Made by a program: the position numbers and the translations under genes. This document shows, in pieces, positions 36,780 through 47,444 of a DNA stretch of 64,000 nucleotides (positions are counted from its first letter, which is position 1; every line of letters starts with the position of its first letter). This DNA is from Dudresnaya verticillata (Eukaryota), in assembly GCA_977862235.1 (NCBI GenBank), contig OZ374564.1, positions 1,550,001 through 1,614,000 on the forward strand. The letters are read 5' to 3'. The notes under the pieces are model-generated. The model was not told the origin of the DNA. It saw nothing but the letters and a program-made list of their open reading frames with translations, and ran no database searches.

Positions 36780-36980
36780 AATCGCGTGAAAACCTATCCA
36801 ATATTATGGAGAATGATCAACAGCTTTTCGGAAAGCCGCACGTAAATTTCTATTAAACAGCACATACACTGTACGAGATCTGAAAACCTATGATAGGTTT
36901 TCCGAAACGTGAGTGCTCATGTGCTGTTTAATAGCTTTTTGAATCTCACTGGTCGAAAAGCTGTTATAGGTTTTGCGATT
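36780..36980. repeat. About 200-bp imperfect palindrome centred on 36892
   Basis: Concentric arms GAAAACCTAT/ATAGGTTTTC, CTATTAAACAGCACAT/ATGTGCTGTTTAATAG and AACAGCTTTTCG/CGAAAAGCTGTT share the same centre. Confidence 0.85.
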
Positions 36981-37334
36981 GCCTCGGGCCAAACACCTTT
37001 TTGATAGAAACTACGTTTGCTCGACCCCAGGACCTATTCCATATTATGGAGAATGCAAGATAGCTTTTCAGGTCGCGCGGCACAACTCTCCAGGATTTTT
37101 TCCACGAGATTTATCGCTGATTCCCTTCTGGGACTTTTCTTTCGGAACACCTGGGTCCCTCCACCCGTCCGGTTGCTGCCCAGCGCCCTCCGAAACGCAA
37201 TCGCAACGGAACCGCCGCGTTTCGCTACAACCCCCTCCCGCCCGCCCCCCGCGACTGGCGCCAGGTCGCGCCCCACCGCGCCCCACCGACCCGCACAACT
37301 ACTGTGCTTCCCGTCGCACTGCCGCACCACGCCC

Positions 37335-37450
37335 CCGAAGCTACATTGGGGCCTTTTTATGCGTTGCGTGCGGTCCAGATGGAAAGCATATCGCCACGAG
37401 CCGTGAAGATGATCTGGTTTCGATCTGGTGCAGAAAGATGTGCGAACACG
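37335..37450 (+). pseudogene. WD40 fragment resembling WDR20/CreC
   Basis: RSYIGAFLCVACGPDGKHIATSREDDLVSIW is close to the WDR20/CreC consensus SYxGxxLCVxWSPDGKYIxTGGEDDLVxxW. Confidence 0.6.
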
Positions 37451-37699
37451 TCTGGTCGAGGGCGAGGTGCTCTACATAGGAGTATATAACTTTCATCGAT
37501 TGCCGCCTCTCTGGTTGATGCGCCAGCGACAGCACTTTGGTCAGGGCGGCTTGTCGTCGCCACAATTCTCGGTCAGGGTTCGAATGGAGGTATTCCCATG
37601 CGTTGATCGCCGTATGGAGCGCTTTCAAGACCGCGCCACGGAAAGCTTGCTCGCGAAGAAGAAGCTGCGATTCTGTACGCCTCGCAGTGGCCAGGAGCA

Positions 37700-38359
37700 A
37701 TGGGAGATAGGTGTTACTTTTCCATTGCTACCGTTCCTGCTGATCACGCTGACCTTGCTCACCGTCGTCGTGTGCGTCAGCGTGTGGGCAGGCGTGTTCC
37801 GACGGCAACTCTTTTGAAGCTATTCACGGCCACCCGCCAGAGGAGGCCGGAAGCGGCTCTGCTCGCCGGGACAAGCTTTCAGAAACGGAGGTGAACGCCA
37901 TGTTTCCCTCCTTTGTCTTCACGAAGGGTGAAACGGCGGCGTTGGGGGCGCCCGGCGATGTGTGCTGCTCAGTGTGCTTGTGTAGCTTTGAGGAAGGGGA
38001 CATGCTGCGGCGGCTTGCATGTGGACATTCTCCGGCGGCTTGTATGTGGACATTCTTATCACTCGACGTGCCTGGACCAGTGGCTGTTGACGAATGCAAC
38101 GTGCTCTCGATGTCGAAAGTCGGCAAGGATCAACGGTGAGGCAACACGGTATTCGTGGTTCTCACGGCGGGTGTTTTCTCGTGTGTTTGGCAGGATAAGG
38201 TTCCCAACCAGATTGCTCCCACCATTCTTGCAACCGCGGAGGAGAGACATTGAGCTGTACGAAACAGTAGAGACAGAGGAGTTCTTATCGGAAAGCGATT
38301 TGTCGAGGCTCTTCGGCCGCCGCCGCCGCCGCCGCGCCGACATAGCCGCCGCCACGTAG
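37700..38359 (+). pseudogene. Transmembrane RING-H2 E3 ligase fragment
   Basis: A hydrophobic helix, then CSVCLCSFEEGDMLRRLACGH and CGHSYHSTCLDQWLLTNATCSRCR, split by a short duplication at about 38009-38058. Confidence 0.75.
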
Positions 38360-38986
38360 CCCCCGGCGCGGCGCGCACGCGCAGCCCGCGCCGCGGCTAT
38401 AGCCGCGCTTGCATGCGGCTGCGCGCCGCACCGCGTGGTGTACAAGTTCGTCCCGGCGCACGCTCGCGAGCGCGCCTGCGCGCTGACTCGAGAGACCGCC
38501 GCGGCGAGCGCCGTATCGCCCTGCGCGCTCATGCGACCGCGCAACTGTGCCGCGCCCGCCGTGGCGCTGCTGCTTGTTGCTTGCTCACTTGGCGCCGTCG
38601 CTGCTGCTGGTGCTATTCGTACTGCTGGTGATGGCTATGTGGCTGAGGGTTGGTGGTGGGGTGCTATCGATGGCGTCATGAGAAAGAAAGCCCCGAATGA
38701 TGGTGGAGCGCCAGGGGGAAAGATGGCGCAGGGGAAGGGAAACCCGGTTGGGAAGAAGCCCGCACCGCCGAAGAAACAGCAGCCTAAGAAACAGCCCGGG
38801 AAGAAGCCTCCACCAAAGAAACAGACGGGGAAGAATTCCCCACCACGGCCGTCGTTCGTCGCGCCTGCGCCCGCCCCGGCGTGCTCCCTGTTCTCCGATT
38901 AATGAGACGTGGTGCTCTGGCCCGAGAGCAGAGTAATAGAATCATGGGAATGGTGTTGTTGGTCATGCGAGATCCGGTGAAGCCCA

Positions 38987-40465
38987 TTGAAGAGTCACCC
39001 TACTTCTACATCTACGTCTACGTCTACGTCTACGTCTACGTTGCTCAGGCAGAAGGACTCCTCTTCAGCAGCGGTGGAAGACGTGGCTGTCGCTGAGCTG
39101 AGCTTTTCCACTTTTGGGAATATGCTCACACCAAACACCACTCGAAAGAGACTGCGTCCTGCTTTTTCAACTTCAGAGCGGGAAAAGGTTGACCTTGACT
39201 TTGTTTTATTTATTCTATATGTAACTCGAGGTAATAGTCCGAGACTGGTTGCGCACAATGCAAGAAGAGCAGCCGAGGTCCTGGCGGAGAGCGGGCTTCC
39301 AAAGGAAATGTGGCGAGTCGAGGTTGTCACAGATAATAGGATGGACCTTGCCTCACAGATCCCGGAGCCTTCAAGTAGCGAAAAAGTGGTTCCACAAGAG
39401 TATACGCCCCCCAATGGGGTAATATACAAAGCAAGGGCTCTCAACTATGTAATAGAAGCATCTTCAGCAAGATCAATGGATTGGATTGTACACATTTAGA
39501 CGAAGAAACACGCTTTGATTCGGATGCAATACGGGCGATTTTGCAGCACTGTGGCAGGGAAACATACTTGACGAGGGTTACAAAATCACAACAATGGCCA
39601 CGAATAGGGCAAAGGCCGATTCTTTACGATTCTTTATGGACGTGCCCTAACAGATAGATCTGTTGCTGGAGGCGACTTAGGAACTGGAAAATGGCTGACC
39701 ACGCTCGCGTATTCGGACCGAGTCTCCGACGACTGCGGGCGTTATCGGATACAGTATGAGTGTGGCGAGGTATGGGTTGGCATGCACGGATCGTTCGTGA
39801 TTGCCGCGAATTGCGTGAAGCAGGAGGTGACATTTGACCATGGGGTGGACGAAAGTATAGCGGAGGACGCGTTTTTCGCACTATTGGCTCGCGCGAAAAA
39901 CGTGCGGTTTGCTTGGATTGATGCATTAATGTTCGAGCAAAGCCCGTTCACGGTGCAGGACTTTGTTAAGCAACGAGAACGATGGCTTGTTGGTGGGTTA
40001 CGAGTTGTCTCTAGCAAACAAATCCCATTGCGCCTCCCGTTTCTCATGAAGATGCTGACAGGGTTGTGGGCTCTGATGCCGCTGACATACACGGCACTGA
40101 TCGTATCGATGCTCTTCGGAAGTGGGGAGGGGCAAAGCTCGGCCGGAAACTGCTACGACTTTCATGTGCTACTGCTGCTCTTGGCCGCGGTATCGCTCTG
40201 GAACTACATATATGGATTCTTGGTGACGTTTTAGATCTGCAGTCTCGGACCGATCCGGTTCACAACATTGCTCCAACTACAGCTGGTGCTGTCGAAAGTT
40301 TTCGGTGTGATGGAGGTGGCAGCGGTATCGTACGCGCTGGTGAACTTTCGCAAAATATCTGGCACGTTCCACGTGGTGGAGAAGGACGGTCCACCGAGTG
40401 GGACGTCTCCCTCGCGAAGAGACAGCACGGGAATTGCAGGAGAGAATACGCGACTGCTGCCATGA
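38987..40465 (+). pseudogene. Egghead-like GT2 beta-1,4-mannosyltransferase, frameshifted and internally rearranged
   Basis: YKARALNY; DWIVH(L)DEET; HGSFV; FDHG..SIAED.FFA; EQSPFT..DF.KQR.RWL.G; C-terminal transmembrane helices. Confidence 0.8.
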
Positions 40466-42319
40466 GGCGCACGCGGGTGTATTGTATCATAGAGAGATCT
40501 GGGTCGCGCATTACCGGGACCATCCCGAACTATGCGGGCTTTCTGTCGTCGCGCTTGTAAACACAAAACAAAAGTCAAAGCATCATCCCAGACGTTGGGG
40601 ATATGCAACCATTTCGAGGAGAAGAACCATTTCCCCGCTTGCTTCAAGGCTTGCACATAACAAACTCCTGCGCACGTGTAAGTGTCAACTCGTCACAGTC
40701 GCAGCCACGCCCGCCGTATCGCCAGTCGAACCAAGACGCTGTGAGCCAGACAAGTTCGAACGTACGGCAGCAAACGCATCGCCGAGAGCCCTGCAGTAGC
40801 AGCATCGCCATCGCAACGACGACCCTCCAAGGCACGCTAGCTACGTTGGCGAGTGTCGCGGACGCGGTGTGGTAGAGAGGCCCAGCGGAAAGGCAATTGC
40901 CTAGGTTAACCTAGATGGCGCGGGAAACGGCTCGGGTCGTGACGTGCACTCATAAACCTTTACTAATGGCGGCTACCGTGGCATGGAGGTTCCGGAACAG
41001 ATCTTCTAGGATTCGGAGCGGGAGGATCGTGGGCTGGCTTGGGCCTCAACGGATGTGATCACAGTTTCCAGGGCAAACATTGCCTGCGATAAGGCCAATG
41101 TGACACTGCGATGAACTCGGCGAAAGACACTGCCAACCATGCGCAGAGCCGCTCGCTGCAGACGGGCAACCAGCTGACTTAGCTCATCCTGAGCGCTCCT
41201 AAGTTGCTGGAATTCTTCTTCAAGCTCAACGAGTTGCGCTTCGACACCTTCGAGACTTATGTCTTCCGTTTGCATTAGGCTTGTTCCGTGACTTCAGACT
41301 CCTCGTTTCTGCGGGCAAGGTGGCGCTGCAAAGCCGCGATATGTACCCTTGCTTCTGTAAGTTTCTCCTGGATGAAGATAAGCAGACGGTTGATTTGACA
41401 CACTACTGGCCACCCTAGTCACTGAAGCTCACGCGACAAGTACGATACCGTCACCCGAATGGTCCTGATCTCCCCCTGTAGTGTAGCTATTCTCTCCTGA
41501 GCGGAATGCAGCCTCCCTTCTCTTGTCTCTTGATACATGTTGTGCATAAGGTAGAGTCTGGAACTTTTACCTCACGGCGAACTTCAAATTTGCAGACTGG
41601 TACTTGATGCATACTATGCTATTAGGTTGGTGCATGTTCGCAAATGGGTGAAAAACCAGCTGTAGCCCACGACAGCTCATTGGATTGACTTGTCCTTCTT
41701 CTGCAAGAAAAATCACGGGGTATCGAGACGTAAACATCAACGTAGCCGGCAGCCGGGGTCTTACTTCTCAGCCCCTCTCGATGCTACTTCTTATCCTTGA
41801 CACCCATCAATACTACGCGCTTGTGGTCGCATGGCGGAATAGAGCAGTCTGCAGGGCGTACCCTTGCGATACCGAGTACTGCTTCTTGATTGACGGGGAC
41901 TCGAGATTCGCGACTTGTCCGTTCTGATTGGTAACATGGCACGCTCGTCTCTCGAATCAGACTGTTTTGTTCGCACTGGCGCTATAGTGTATGGCGGAAT
42001 GGAGTGGTGCATACAGAGCGAGAGGGAAGCCCTTCCAATACCAGTCGTTTTAACTGGGATCCGTAGCAACTGTGGGCATGCGCAAGCCTGTCATGCAGAA
42101 CGCCCCACCGCCTCTGGAACAGTATTATATCGGTGTCGTTTCAGAAGCGCCCTCGGCCCTCCCGAGTATTTCAGCTCTTCAGAACAAGTAGCGCACAGCT
42201 ATCGCGCCCTAGCCGGAACATCGATTTTGCTCCTTCACTTCGCCCGCCCTGATTGCAAGGATCATCTTGCACTAGTGAGTTGCAAAAGGCTCAGACTCCC
42301 CTGCCGAAAGGGGTAGGAC

Positions 42320-45300
42320 ATGGCCCAAGCCTCATCTGGGCAGGTTTCGAAAGCAGCAAACGTTCCAGTTCAGAACGACGACGACTTCGGCGATGAGCTG
42401 CTTCCCGGAACAAAGCCCGGCGCACGAGTCATGCTCACTCTCAACGGGGAACACGTTGCTACAGAAACCCTGCTACGACCTCATGATTTTAGGGAGGGTG
42501 CCGTTGATCCCAGTGGGCGATTCAGCACATACCTGCACGGGCGCAACCTTGGGCCTCAACAACGTGATGGAGAAGTATGGGTTGTAGTTCACCTCGTGCG
42601 ATGCCTCCACAACTGCAATTCCTACGAAAACCCGTTCCAGTACAAACCAGGCGGTACGCCTTGTCCGGAGACACTGAGTCGAATGCAGACTGGAAAACAC
42701 GCCTGGGACCTATTCCAGATTGAGGATCTCGTAACCATCTACAATACAGAGCGCAGAAAAAGTTCAGGTGCAACTGTCCCCGGAGTGGAAAAACGTGCGG
42801 TGGCTGACGCTAACCCACCAACACCCCCTCTGCTCAGGGTTCGCAAACCCGCTCCTCACCCAAAACAGCAGCATGGTGCGGAAGAAATGGCAGCGGTGAA
42901 CAGCCCTTCAACACAACCGCCAGAGAAAGGCAATGAAGAGGAAGAAGTAACAAAACTTCTGCAGTACACACCTGTACGCCGGCCACCTATGCGTGAACGA
43001 CCCCAGAAACCGCCCAAGAATAACGTCCCGGACGCCTTACCAGTCTCTTCGGCCCCAGTGTCTCTTGAACCCACGACTACACCCGTGGAAGAGAGAGATC
43101 CTCGTGTAGGCGTGACAGACAGAGTCGATGCAGATCTGAAACAAAACTCTGCTAGGGCTGTCGGATCTATTCCTTCTCTAGGAAAAGGAGCAAGCGACGA
43201 AGAGAACTGTATCACGCCCCAGCCATGCCCTGCACACAATGTCAGACATACGCCTGAAAGCAGTTCGGGTTTTAGTAGTGGCGCACCGGAACCCGACCCT
43301 GATGCTACTCCGGCGTTGGCCGCGAGTACTAACACAGAGGGTGACGTGGAACGAACGCCGGGTGCTGATGGCTCGGAAATAGAGCACGGTGAGGAGCAAT
43401 CAGATGCTGCGACGTTGGATCTGGTGAGCGACGCAGAGGTGGAAGGTGGAAGTGATGGAATATTAGAAGACGAAGATACTGGAAGCGACCAGGAAATAGA
43501 GGACCTCACCAAGGACGCGGATTACGTGCCAAATGCGACAATTTCACGAAGACGCACGGCAGCATATGAGGCTGAACGGGTCCCGCAAACGCGCAGAGTT
43601 GCTGAGGATGAGACCAATGGCTCCCGAAAAAGAAGGTACCGCTTCTACGCAAGACAAAGAAAGAAGTTGAGGGTTGGTGATACTGCATTGCAAAAGCGTC
43701 GCAATGCTGCTCTGGAAAGGCTTGATGAAGAAGACTGGGGCTCCAAGGAGTGCTGCATGCGGAAGCAATGCTTCAAGAGGGTATCGATTGTGTACATGAA
43801 AGCCAAGATTCGCAAACTGTTGCGTATGGACGCCCATGATCGACGAAACTATTTGCACGGGTTGTTGCGGCGACCGGGATGGAATTACTACTTCGACGGT
43901 AAGCCAGTATGCTACACGTTCCTGGAGACGGCGTTTGGGTTTTCCAGGGACCTACAATATTCAGTCAAACAGTTTGGTGGAAGCCAGCCTATGGAGGGTG
44001 ACAATGCCGTGCCGTATCAGCCTCCGAGTGAGGGCAGGGATAAGATACTAAGTTACCTCAACCGGCTTGCTGAGATAACAGCAAGCTGCATGCCCGACGC
44101 AGATGAAAAGCATCTGCCGTACTTTGATAAGGCTGCGGTCTACGAGAACTTCCTTCTGGACCAGGAGAGACTGTATCCTGGAAAAGACCCGCCTCGACTA
44201 AACTACTTCTACCACGTCTGGAAGCCGCACCGCAGTGACATAAAAGTCCGCAAAAGCCAACGCTTCACAAAGTGTTCGGAGTGTCAAGAATTTCGTGCTG
44301 GACTTGCCAGGGCCGGTACAAACCGCAGACTTGCGGAGCCGTTCCTGCTCCGTAGAAAGGAGCACTACAAGCTGGTTACAAAGGAGAGGGTGTACTACAG
44401 GGAGAATGTGGAAAAAGCTACTTTGTATCCCTCCGAGTACTGTTCACTGATAATTGATGGCGCGGACCAGAAAGCGTTCGGAGTACCAAAGTTCGTGGTC
44501 AGCACGAAGGCTACGCGTGGACATGCCATAGCAACCAAAGTTGTGGGCGCATTGGAACACGGTTCATTGAAGCACCTATCCCTGTTCGTCATGACAGGAG
44601 AGTTTGAGACCGGCGCAAATCACATGATCGAAACAGTCCATCGCCTTCTCACAGTCAAGCATAACCATGGCACTCTGCATCCTACGCTGTTACCGCAGCT
44701 AGACAACTGCACCCGGGAGAACAAAAATAAGTACATGCTTTCTTACCTGGAGTGCTTAGTCGCGTGGGGTGTTCTGCATGAAGTGCAGGTTTCCTTTCTC
44801 CCAATCGGCCACACCCATTCCGACATCGACCAGGCCTTCAGTTGCACCAGCAAGAGGGTCCGATCAAAAGACATGCCGACCATGTCTTGCCTTCTCCGCG
44901 AACTAAGCATGTCATACACGCCGCGTCCATCGGTGGCAAGGTTGCTGCAGGTAGCCAACTTTTCCGGGCTGTGTGACAAGTATGCGTGTATTGGCAAGAC
45001 TGAAGCATTCTCACACTACAGATTCTTTCCAATTACTCGCCAACGTGGAAAGGGCATGGGCAGAAAAGCGAGATTCCGCACGCGATGCCTCGTCAAGATT
45101 CAGTGTGAAGATGAGTGGAAACCACTTGTAGCAGAAGCACGTGGTAACTCTCTCAAACAGGAAGGCTTCATACTATTCACCCCTGACCTCGTTAAGACGC
45201 CAGAGACCATAGCGAGATGCCCACCTGATGTGAAGGAGGTCAATGATCGCATACGTTGCACCGAAGTCCGAGCGCTCAAGGCGTCGCAGATCACCGAACT

Positions 45301-45802
45301 GGAAAATCTTAGGGATCACGTCTATAGAGATCGAAACGAACCATTTCACTGGGACTTGGATCACGCCCCGGAGACGAATGGGAAGCTGCGAAGGGACAGT
45401 AGACAGCTTAGAGACCCCGACATGCTTCCGGAGATACCAGAAGAGGAGCAACTACCCGCACAGGACCTAACCTACAGCCACAACAGAATGGTGGCCGTCA
45501 ATTATGTTCAGGCGACCGAGCAATGTCCTTTTTACGTGGCAAAAGTGATGGAAGTTGTGAAGGGGGACGATGGAAAGGTTTCGAAATTGTTGCTGCGGTG
45601 GTATGAAGCCAAGCACACCGGTAATGTTTTCAGTGCAGCTTACAAACCTTCGTTCTACAAAACCAGGCGCGGGGTCGCAAAGGAATGGGAAGAAGACGTC
45701 ACCGTTGATTGCGTACTTGTGGAGTTTGAGTCGCTCACTCGAAGTAACCGTCTACCGGTTGCAGTACAGAAGAAGTTGCGCGAGTGCCTTCACAAACAGT
45801 AG
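42320..45802 (+). CDS. Intact Sola-like DDE/D transposase, 1160 aa, with an N-terminal Tnp1/En/Spm-like domain and a C-terminal SH3/Tudor-like beta domain
   Basis: Uninterrupted ORF. CC...C and FTKCSEC cysteine motifs; IIDGADQ; QLDNCTRENKNKY; FLPIGHTHSDIDQAFS. Confidence 0.8.
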   Translation: MAQASSGQVSKAANVPVQNDDDFGDELLPGTKPGARVMLTLNGEHVATETLLRPHDFREGAVDPSGRFSTYLHGRNLGPQQRDGEVWVVVHLVRCLHNCNSYENPFQYKPGGTPCPETLSRMQTGKHAWDLFQIEDLVTIYNTERRKSSGATVPGVEKRAVADANPPTPPLLRVRKPAPHPKQQHGAEEMAAVNSPSTQPPEKGNEEEEVTKLLQYTPVRRPPMRERPQKPPKNNVPDALPVSSAPVSLEPTTTPVEERDPRVGVTDRVDADLKQNSARAVGSIPSLGKGASDEENCITPQPCPAHNVRHTPESSSGFSSGAPEPDPDATPALAASTNTEGDVERTPGADGSEIEHGEEQSDAATLDLVSDAEVEGGSDGILEDEDTGSDQEIEDLTKDADYVPNATISRRRTAAYEAERVPQTRRVAEDETNGSRKRRYRFYARQRKKLRVGDTALQKRRNAALERLDEEDWGSKECCMRKQCFKRVSIVYMKAKIRKLLRMDAHDRRNYLHGLLRRPGWNYYFDGKPVCYTFLETAFGFSRDLQYSVKQFGGSQPMEGDNAVPYQPPSEGRDKILSYLNRLAEITASCMPDADEKHLPYFDKAAVYENFLLDQERLYPGKDPPRLNYFYHVWKPHRSDIKVRKSQRFTKCSECQEFRAGLARAGTNRRLAEPFLLRRKEHYKLVTKERVYYRENVEKATLYPSEYCSLIIDGADQKAFGVPKFVVSTKATRGHAIATKVVGALEHGSLKHLSLFVMTGEFETGANHMIETVHRLLTVKHNHGTLHPTLLPQLDNCTRENKNKYMLSYLECLVAWGVLHEVQVSFLPIGHTHSDIDQAFSCTSKRVRSKDMPTMSCLLRELSMSYTPRPSVARLLQVANFSGLCDKYACIGKTEAFSHYRFFPITRQRGKGMGRKARFRTRCLVKIQCEDEWKPLVAEARGNSLKQEGFILFTPDLVKTPETIARCPPDVKEVNDRIRCTEVRALKASQITELENLRDHVYRDRNEPFHWDLDHAPETNGKLRRDSRQLRDPDMLPEIPEEEQLPAQDLTYSHNRMVAVNYVQATEQCPFYVAKVMEVVKGDDGKVSKLLLRWYEAKHTGNVFSAAYKPSFYKTRRGVAKEWEEDVTVDCVLVEFESLTRSNRLPVAVQKKLRECLHKQ

Positions 45803-45974
45803 CGCCCGCAGCCATCTGTAGAGCAAGGAATAGATGTAAGTTTACTGAGTCAGAATGGGAAGTATAGAGTGAAGGTGATTAGGGTAATGTGTTTGAGAGC
45901 TGCTATGAAACTGGTTTGTTTTCCCGTTCGTCCAGGACTACCGCTTTCTATACTTGAGCAGTAGTGCTAGGACG

Positions 45975-46478
45975 CGAAATTGGTACTGTGCGAGTGGTGT
46001 GCGTTCCTTGCCTTGCAATGTAAATAGCGGGGTTTGTTTGGTCAGCGTTGCAAAAGCGTTTGAGGCAATGCACACCGGAAGCCATTTGAAGTTAGAGCGG
46101 TTGATGTCGTGGTCCAGCACGTGATGAAGTTTCAGCACTTCAGCAGTTGGCGTCGACGGAAATGAAAACACGCGAAATTGTTGTTGTGGAAGTGATTGTT
46201 ATTTGCCTTCCCATGGCAATACGAGGACAATGATAACACGCGAAATTGTTGTCGTGCGAGTGATTCTTATTTGCCTTGCAATGGCAATACGGGGGTAGTG
46301 ACAACTCGCGAAATTGTTTTCGTGCGAGTGGATTGCGCTGTTTGGCTTGCAATGGCAATAGCGGGGGCTGTTTGCGCAGCGATGTAAAAGCGATTGACGC
46401 AAGGCGCACCGGCAGCCATGCGCAGGTAGAGCGGTTGGTGTCACTCTGCAGTACCTGATGCAGTTTCAGCACTTGAGC
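45975..46478. repeat. Degenerate subterminal tandem repeats next to the right TIR
   Basis: CGCGAAATTG recurs at about 45974, 46171, 46239 and 46307. 45975-46145 resembles 46308-46478. Confidence 0.7.
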
Positions 46479-47444
46479 AGGACCTGCTCAGTTTCCCCCC
46501 AGTCGCACAACACTTACCGCCGCGGTGGGGCATGTCGTAGACGTGAAGTCTACAACTTTACGCGCACTTTGCCATGCCCTGCGCGGTGCGGTAGAGTTGG
46601 TGCGCGAGGTACGCGGCTTGATGGGGAGGGCGGCAGGGGCGGGTGTAGACAGCGGGGTGTGGTGAGCTTGCAGTCTGATATGGCAAGTGATATGGCGGTA
46701 GAGGTGGTGCGGCACAGGCGCCGCACTGGACCCGGAGTGCAATGATGGCCACGAGACGGAGGGGTGATACTGGTGAGACAGGGTAAATCTGGGCCAAGCA
46801 GTACTAGTCGTGCGGGGCGACACTGCGCCCTTGGTCCCGGCCCAGGGCAGGCCGGGGGGTGAGGCGAGCGGGGCCAGACATGCCGGAGCACGGGCGCAGG
46901 CGCCTGTGCGCGTACGGGCACAGGCGCCCGTGCGCGCCCAGGCGCCCCCCGAAGGGCAGCAGGGGGCAGCGCAATTTATAGCTAAATTTTAATCCAGAAA
47001 TTCCGAAAGTTTCGAAACTTTCACCAAAGTTTCGGGGGCATTTACCCGTATATGCGGCATGCTGTAACTCCGCAACCGTGCTTGCTATCCCAAAACCGAT
47101 TCCACCATTCTTCTCAGCTCCCTCTTCCCAGTCCAACGCGATATAGAAATCTTCATTCCATTAACATTTTTTTCAGACTGATTCGGAACACAGATTCTGA
47201 AAACCCGGAAATCTGTGTTGTACCGGGACGCATTACCCTATTTACATTGTACTGACTGTACTAATCTTGGTAACTATAGTCACAGACTAACTTAGACCCC
47301 CTTTCGGGCTGATAGACTTTTCGGCTGTCAAGCCCTACTTGTGGGCGCCGAAATACCCGGCGCCCTCAGAATAAACACTCAGCGGAGTTGTTCGGAAAGT
47401 ATTCACCTTTTGGTCGTTCGGACGCTCCGCGCCTGCAGGGGTCG

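Larger units (their letters stand above)
29189..47227 (+). mobile_element. About 18-kb DNA transposon with long terminal inverted repeats, a Sola-like transposase and cargo
   Basis: 29189 to about 29785 is the imperfect reverse complement of about 46650-47227 (CCCCGTACAACACAGATTTCCGGGTTTTCAGAATCTGTGTTCCGAATCAGTCTGAAAAAA...), strongest in the outer ~250 bp. No clean TSD. Confidence 0.75.

Noticed and set aside
39010..39041. (TCTACG)n hexamer run
   Set aside because: A simple microsatellite encoding a Ser-Thr tract in the glycosyltransferase fragment.
45975..46478. CRISPR-like array
   Set aside because: Units are degenerate and the intervening sequences are themselves similar. There are no cas genes and the context is eukaryotic.
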